64,000 nucleotides of DNA, taken from NCBI GenBank assembly GCA_964016885.1, contig OZ024740.1:429846001-429910000 (forward strand). The letters run 5' to 3'. This document shows, in pieces, positions 60,451 to 64,000 of the stretch. Numbering within the stretch: the stretch's first letter is position 1; every line of letters starts with the position of its first letter. Source of the stretch: Eledone cirrhosa. Its lineage: Eukaryota. The position numbers and the translations under genes are program-made. A model generated the notes under the pieces. The model had not been told where the DNA came from. It saw only the letters and a list, made by a program, of their open reading frames with translations, and did not search any database.

Positions 60451-63400
60451 ATCATTACTGTTATATTATTCTAAATAACAACCTAATATTACTACCTATA
60501 TCATTACTGTTATATTATTCTAAACAACAACCTAATATTACTACCTATATCATTACTGTTATATTATTCTAAATAACAACCTAATATTACTACCTATATC
60601 ATTACTGTTATATTATTTTAAATAACAACCTAATATTTCTACCTATATCATTACTGTTATATTATTCTAAATAACAACCTAATATTACTACCTATATCAT
60701 TACTGTTATATTATTCTAAATAACAACCTAATATTACTACCTATATCATTACTGTTATATTATTCTAAATAACAACCTAATATTACTACCTATATCATTA
60801 CTGTTATATTATTCTAAATAACAACCTAATATTACTACCTATATAATTACTGTTATATAATTTTAAATAACAACCTAATATTACTACCTATATCATTACT
60901 GTTATATTATTCTAAATAACAACCTAATATTACAACCTATATCATTACTGTTATATTATTCTAAATAACAACCTAATATTACAACCCATATCATTACTGT
61001 TATATTATTCTAAATAACAACCTAATATTACAACCTATATCATTACTGTTATATTATTCTAAATAACAACCTAATATTACTACCTATATCATTACTGTTA
61101 TATTATTCAAAATAACAACATTATATTACTACCTATATCATTACTGTTATATTATTCTAAATATCAACCTAATATTACTACCTATATCATTACTGTTATA
61201 TTATTCTAAATAACAACCTAATATTACTACCTATATCATTACTGTTATATTATTCTAAATAATAACCTAATATTACTACCTATATCATTACTGTTATATT
61301 ATTCTAAATAACAACCTAATATTACTACCTATATCATTACTGTTATATTATTCTAAACAACAACCTAATATTACTACCTATATCATTACTGTTATATTAT
61401 TCTAAATAACAACCTAATATTACTACCTATATCATTACTGTTATATTATTTTAAATAACAACCTAATATTTCTACCTATATCATTACTGTTATATTATTC
61501 TAAATAACAACCTAATATTACTACCTATATCATTACTGTTATATTATTTTAAATAACAACCTAATATTACTACCTATATCATTACTGTTATATTATTCTA
61601 AATAACAACCTAATATTACTACCTATATCATTACTGTTATATTATTCTAAATAACAACCTAATATTACTGCCTATATCATTACTGTTATATTATTCTAAA
61701 TAACAACCTAATATTACTACCTATATCATTACTGTTATATTATTCTAAATAACAACCTAATATTACTACCTATATCATTACTGTTATATTATTCTAAATA
61801 ACAACCTAATATTACAACCTATATCATTACTGTTATATTATTCTAAATAACAACCTAATATTACTACCTATATCATTACTGTTATATTATTTTAAATAAC
61901 AACCTAATATTACTACCTATATCATTACTGTTATATTATTCTAAATAACAACCTAATATTACTACCTATATCATTACTGTTATATTATTCTAAATAATAA
62001 CCTAATATTACTACCTATATCATTACTGTTATATTATTCTACATAACAACCTAATATTACTACCTATATCATTACTGTTATATTATTCTAAATAACAACC
62101 TAATATTACTACCTATATCATTACTGTTATATTATTCTAAATAACAACCTAATATTACTACCTATATCATTACTGTTATATTATTTTAAATAACAACCTA
62201 ATATTACTACCTATATCATTACTGTTATATTATTCTAAATAACAACCTAATATTACTAACTATATCATTACTGTTATATTATTCTAAATAACAACCTAAT
62301 ATTACTACCTATATCATTACTGTTATATTATTTTAAATAACAACCTAATATTACTACCTATATCATTACTGTTATATTATTCTAAATAACAACCTAATAT
62401 TACTACCTATATCATTACTGTTATATTATTCTAAATAACAACCTAATATTACTACCTATATCATTACTGTTATATTATTCTAAATAACAACCTAATATTA
62501 CTACCTATATCATTACTGTTATATTATTCTAAATAACAACCTAATATTACTACCTATATAATTACTGTTATATAATTTTAAATAACAACCTAATATTACT
62601 ACCTATATCATTACTGTTATATTATTCTAAATAACAACCTAATATTACAACCTATATCATTACTGTTATATTATTCTAAATAACAACCTAATATTACAAC
62701 CTATATCATTACTGTTATATTATTCTAAATAACGACCTAATATTACAACCTATATCATTACTGTTATATTATTCTAAATAACAACCTAATATTACTACCT
62801 ATATCATTACTGTTATATTATTCAAAATAACAACATTATATTACTACCTATATCATTACTGTTATATTATTCTAAATATCAACCTAATATTACTACCTAT
62901 ATCATTACTGTTATATTATTCTAAATAACAACCTAATATTACTACCTATATCATTACTGTTATATTATTCTAAATAATAACCTAATATTACTACCTATAT
63001 CATTACTGTTATATTATTCTAAATAACAACCTAATATTACTACCTATATCATTACTGTTATATAATTCTAAACAACAACCTAATATTACTACCTATATCA
63101 TTACTGTTATATTATTCTAAATAACAACCTAATATTACTACCTATATCATTACTGTTATATTATTTTAAATAACAACCTAATATTTCTACCTATATCATT
63201 ACTGTTATATTATTCTAAATAACAACCTAATATTACTACCTATATCATTACTGTTATATTATTCTAAATAACAACCTAATATTACTACCTATATCATTAC
63301 TGTTATATTATTCTAAATAACAACCTAATATTACTACCTATATCATTACTGTTATATTATTCTAAATAACAACCTAATATTACTACCTATATAATTACTG

Positions 63401-64000
63401 TTATATAATTTTAAATAACAACCTAATATTACTACCTATATCATTACTGTTATATTATTCTAAATAACAACCTAATATTACAACCTATATCATTACTGTT
63501 ATATTATTCTAAATAACAACCTAATATTACAACCTATATCATTACTGTTATATTATTCTAAATAACAACCTAATATTACAACCTATATCATTACTGTTAT
63601 ATTATTCTAAATAACAACCTAATATTACTACCTATATCATTACTGTTATATTATTCAAAATAACAACATTATATTACTACCTATATCATTACTGTTATAT
63701 TATTCTAAATATCAACCTAATATTACTACCTATATCATTACTGTTATATTATTCTAAATAACAACCTAATATTACTACCTATATCATTACTGTTATATTA
63801 TTCTAAATAATAACCTAATATTACTACCTATATCATTACTGTTATATTATTCTAAATAACAACCTAATATTACTACCTATATCATTACTGTTATATTATT
63901 CTAAACAACAACCTAATATTACTACCTATATCATTACTGTTATATTATTCTAAATAACAACCTAATATTACTACCTATATCATTACTGTTATATTATTTT
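59900..64000. repeat. Nested 17-monomer (833-bp) tandem pairs repeated at a 52-monomer (2,548-bp) offset
   Basis: AACAACATTA marker at 60281, 61114, 62829 and 63662. Gaps are 833 and 833, and 62829-60281 = 2548. The TATAATT and TATCAACC variants travel with it. Confidence 0.85.

Larger units (their letters stand above)
16802..64000 (-). repeat. Same 49-bp satellite in reverse-complement orientation (about 950 monomers), running off the window end
   Basis: Unit reads TACCTATATCATTACTGTTATATTATTCTAAATAACAACCTAATATTAC, the exact reverse complement of the left-array monomer. Interrupted only by two SINE copies and two micro-inversions. Confidence 0.99.

Noticed and set aside
1-64000. CRISPR array or CRISPR-like repeat-spacer system
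   Set aside because: Monomers are head-to-tail with no unique spacers, variation is limited to point changes, and no cas or other genes are present.
1-64000. Repetitive protein-coding ORF
   Set aside because: Both strands have several TAA/TAG per monomer, and since 49 is not a multiple of 3 every frame hits stops within three monomers. The C-rich strand would be largely open only under a TAA/TAG-reassigned code, for which there is no support.
16802-64000. Information-bearing code or programmed diversification (DGR/shufflon-like) in monomer variants
   Set aside because: Variant order is explained by block duplications of a small allele set, and no reverse transcriptase, recombinase or target gene is present.

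Overview
The window is almost entirely one AT-rich 49-bp tandem satellite (consensus GTAATATTAGGTTGTTATTTAGAATAATATAACAGTAATGATATAGGTA, 10/49 G+C, about 1,300 monomers). I find no protein-coding genes, rRNA, true tRNA or CRISPR array. Five structures stand out. (1) The array flips orientation at 16802-16807, and rare monomer variants show that 1-16743 is a mirror copy of 16802-~33560, a fold-back palindrome with arms of at least 16.7 kb joined at a 6-bp microhomology from the monomer's own inverted repeat. (2) A ~186-bp tRNA-derived SINE with Pol III A/B boxes and a perfect 19-bp target-site duplication occurs three times, all copies of a single insertion; from memory it resembles octopus SINEs. 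(3) A 44-bp micro-inversion lies ~85 bp from each SINE copy. (4) Nested block duplications occur at offsets of 17, 19, 52, 114, 142, 146, 154 and 241 monomers. (5) Private 1-bp indels are dense in the left arm and vanish to the right, so the palindrome may be a low-coverage read or amplification chimera rather than biology. This looks like eukaryotic (animal) heterochromatin. I see no evidence for a novel gene system; the interest is structural. All comparisons were done by eye.
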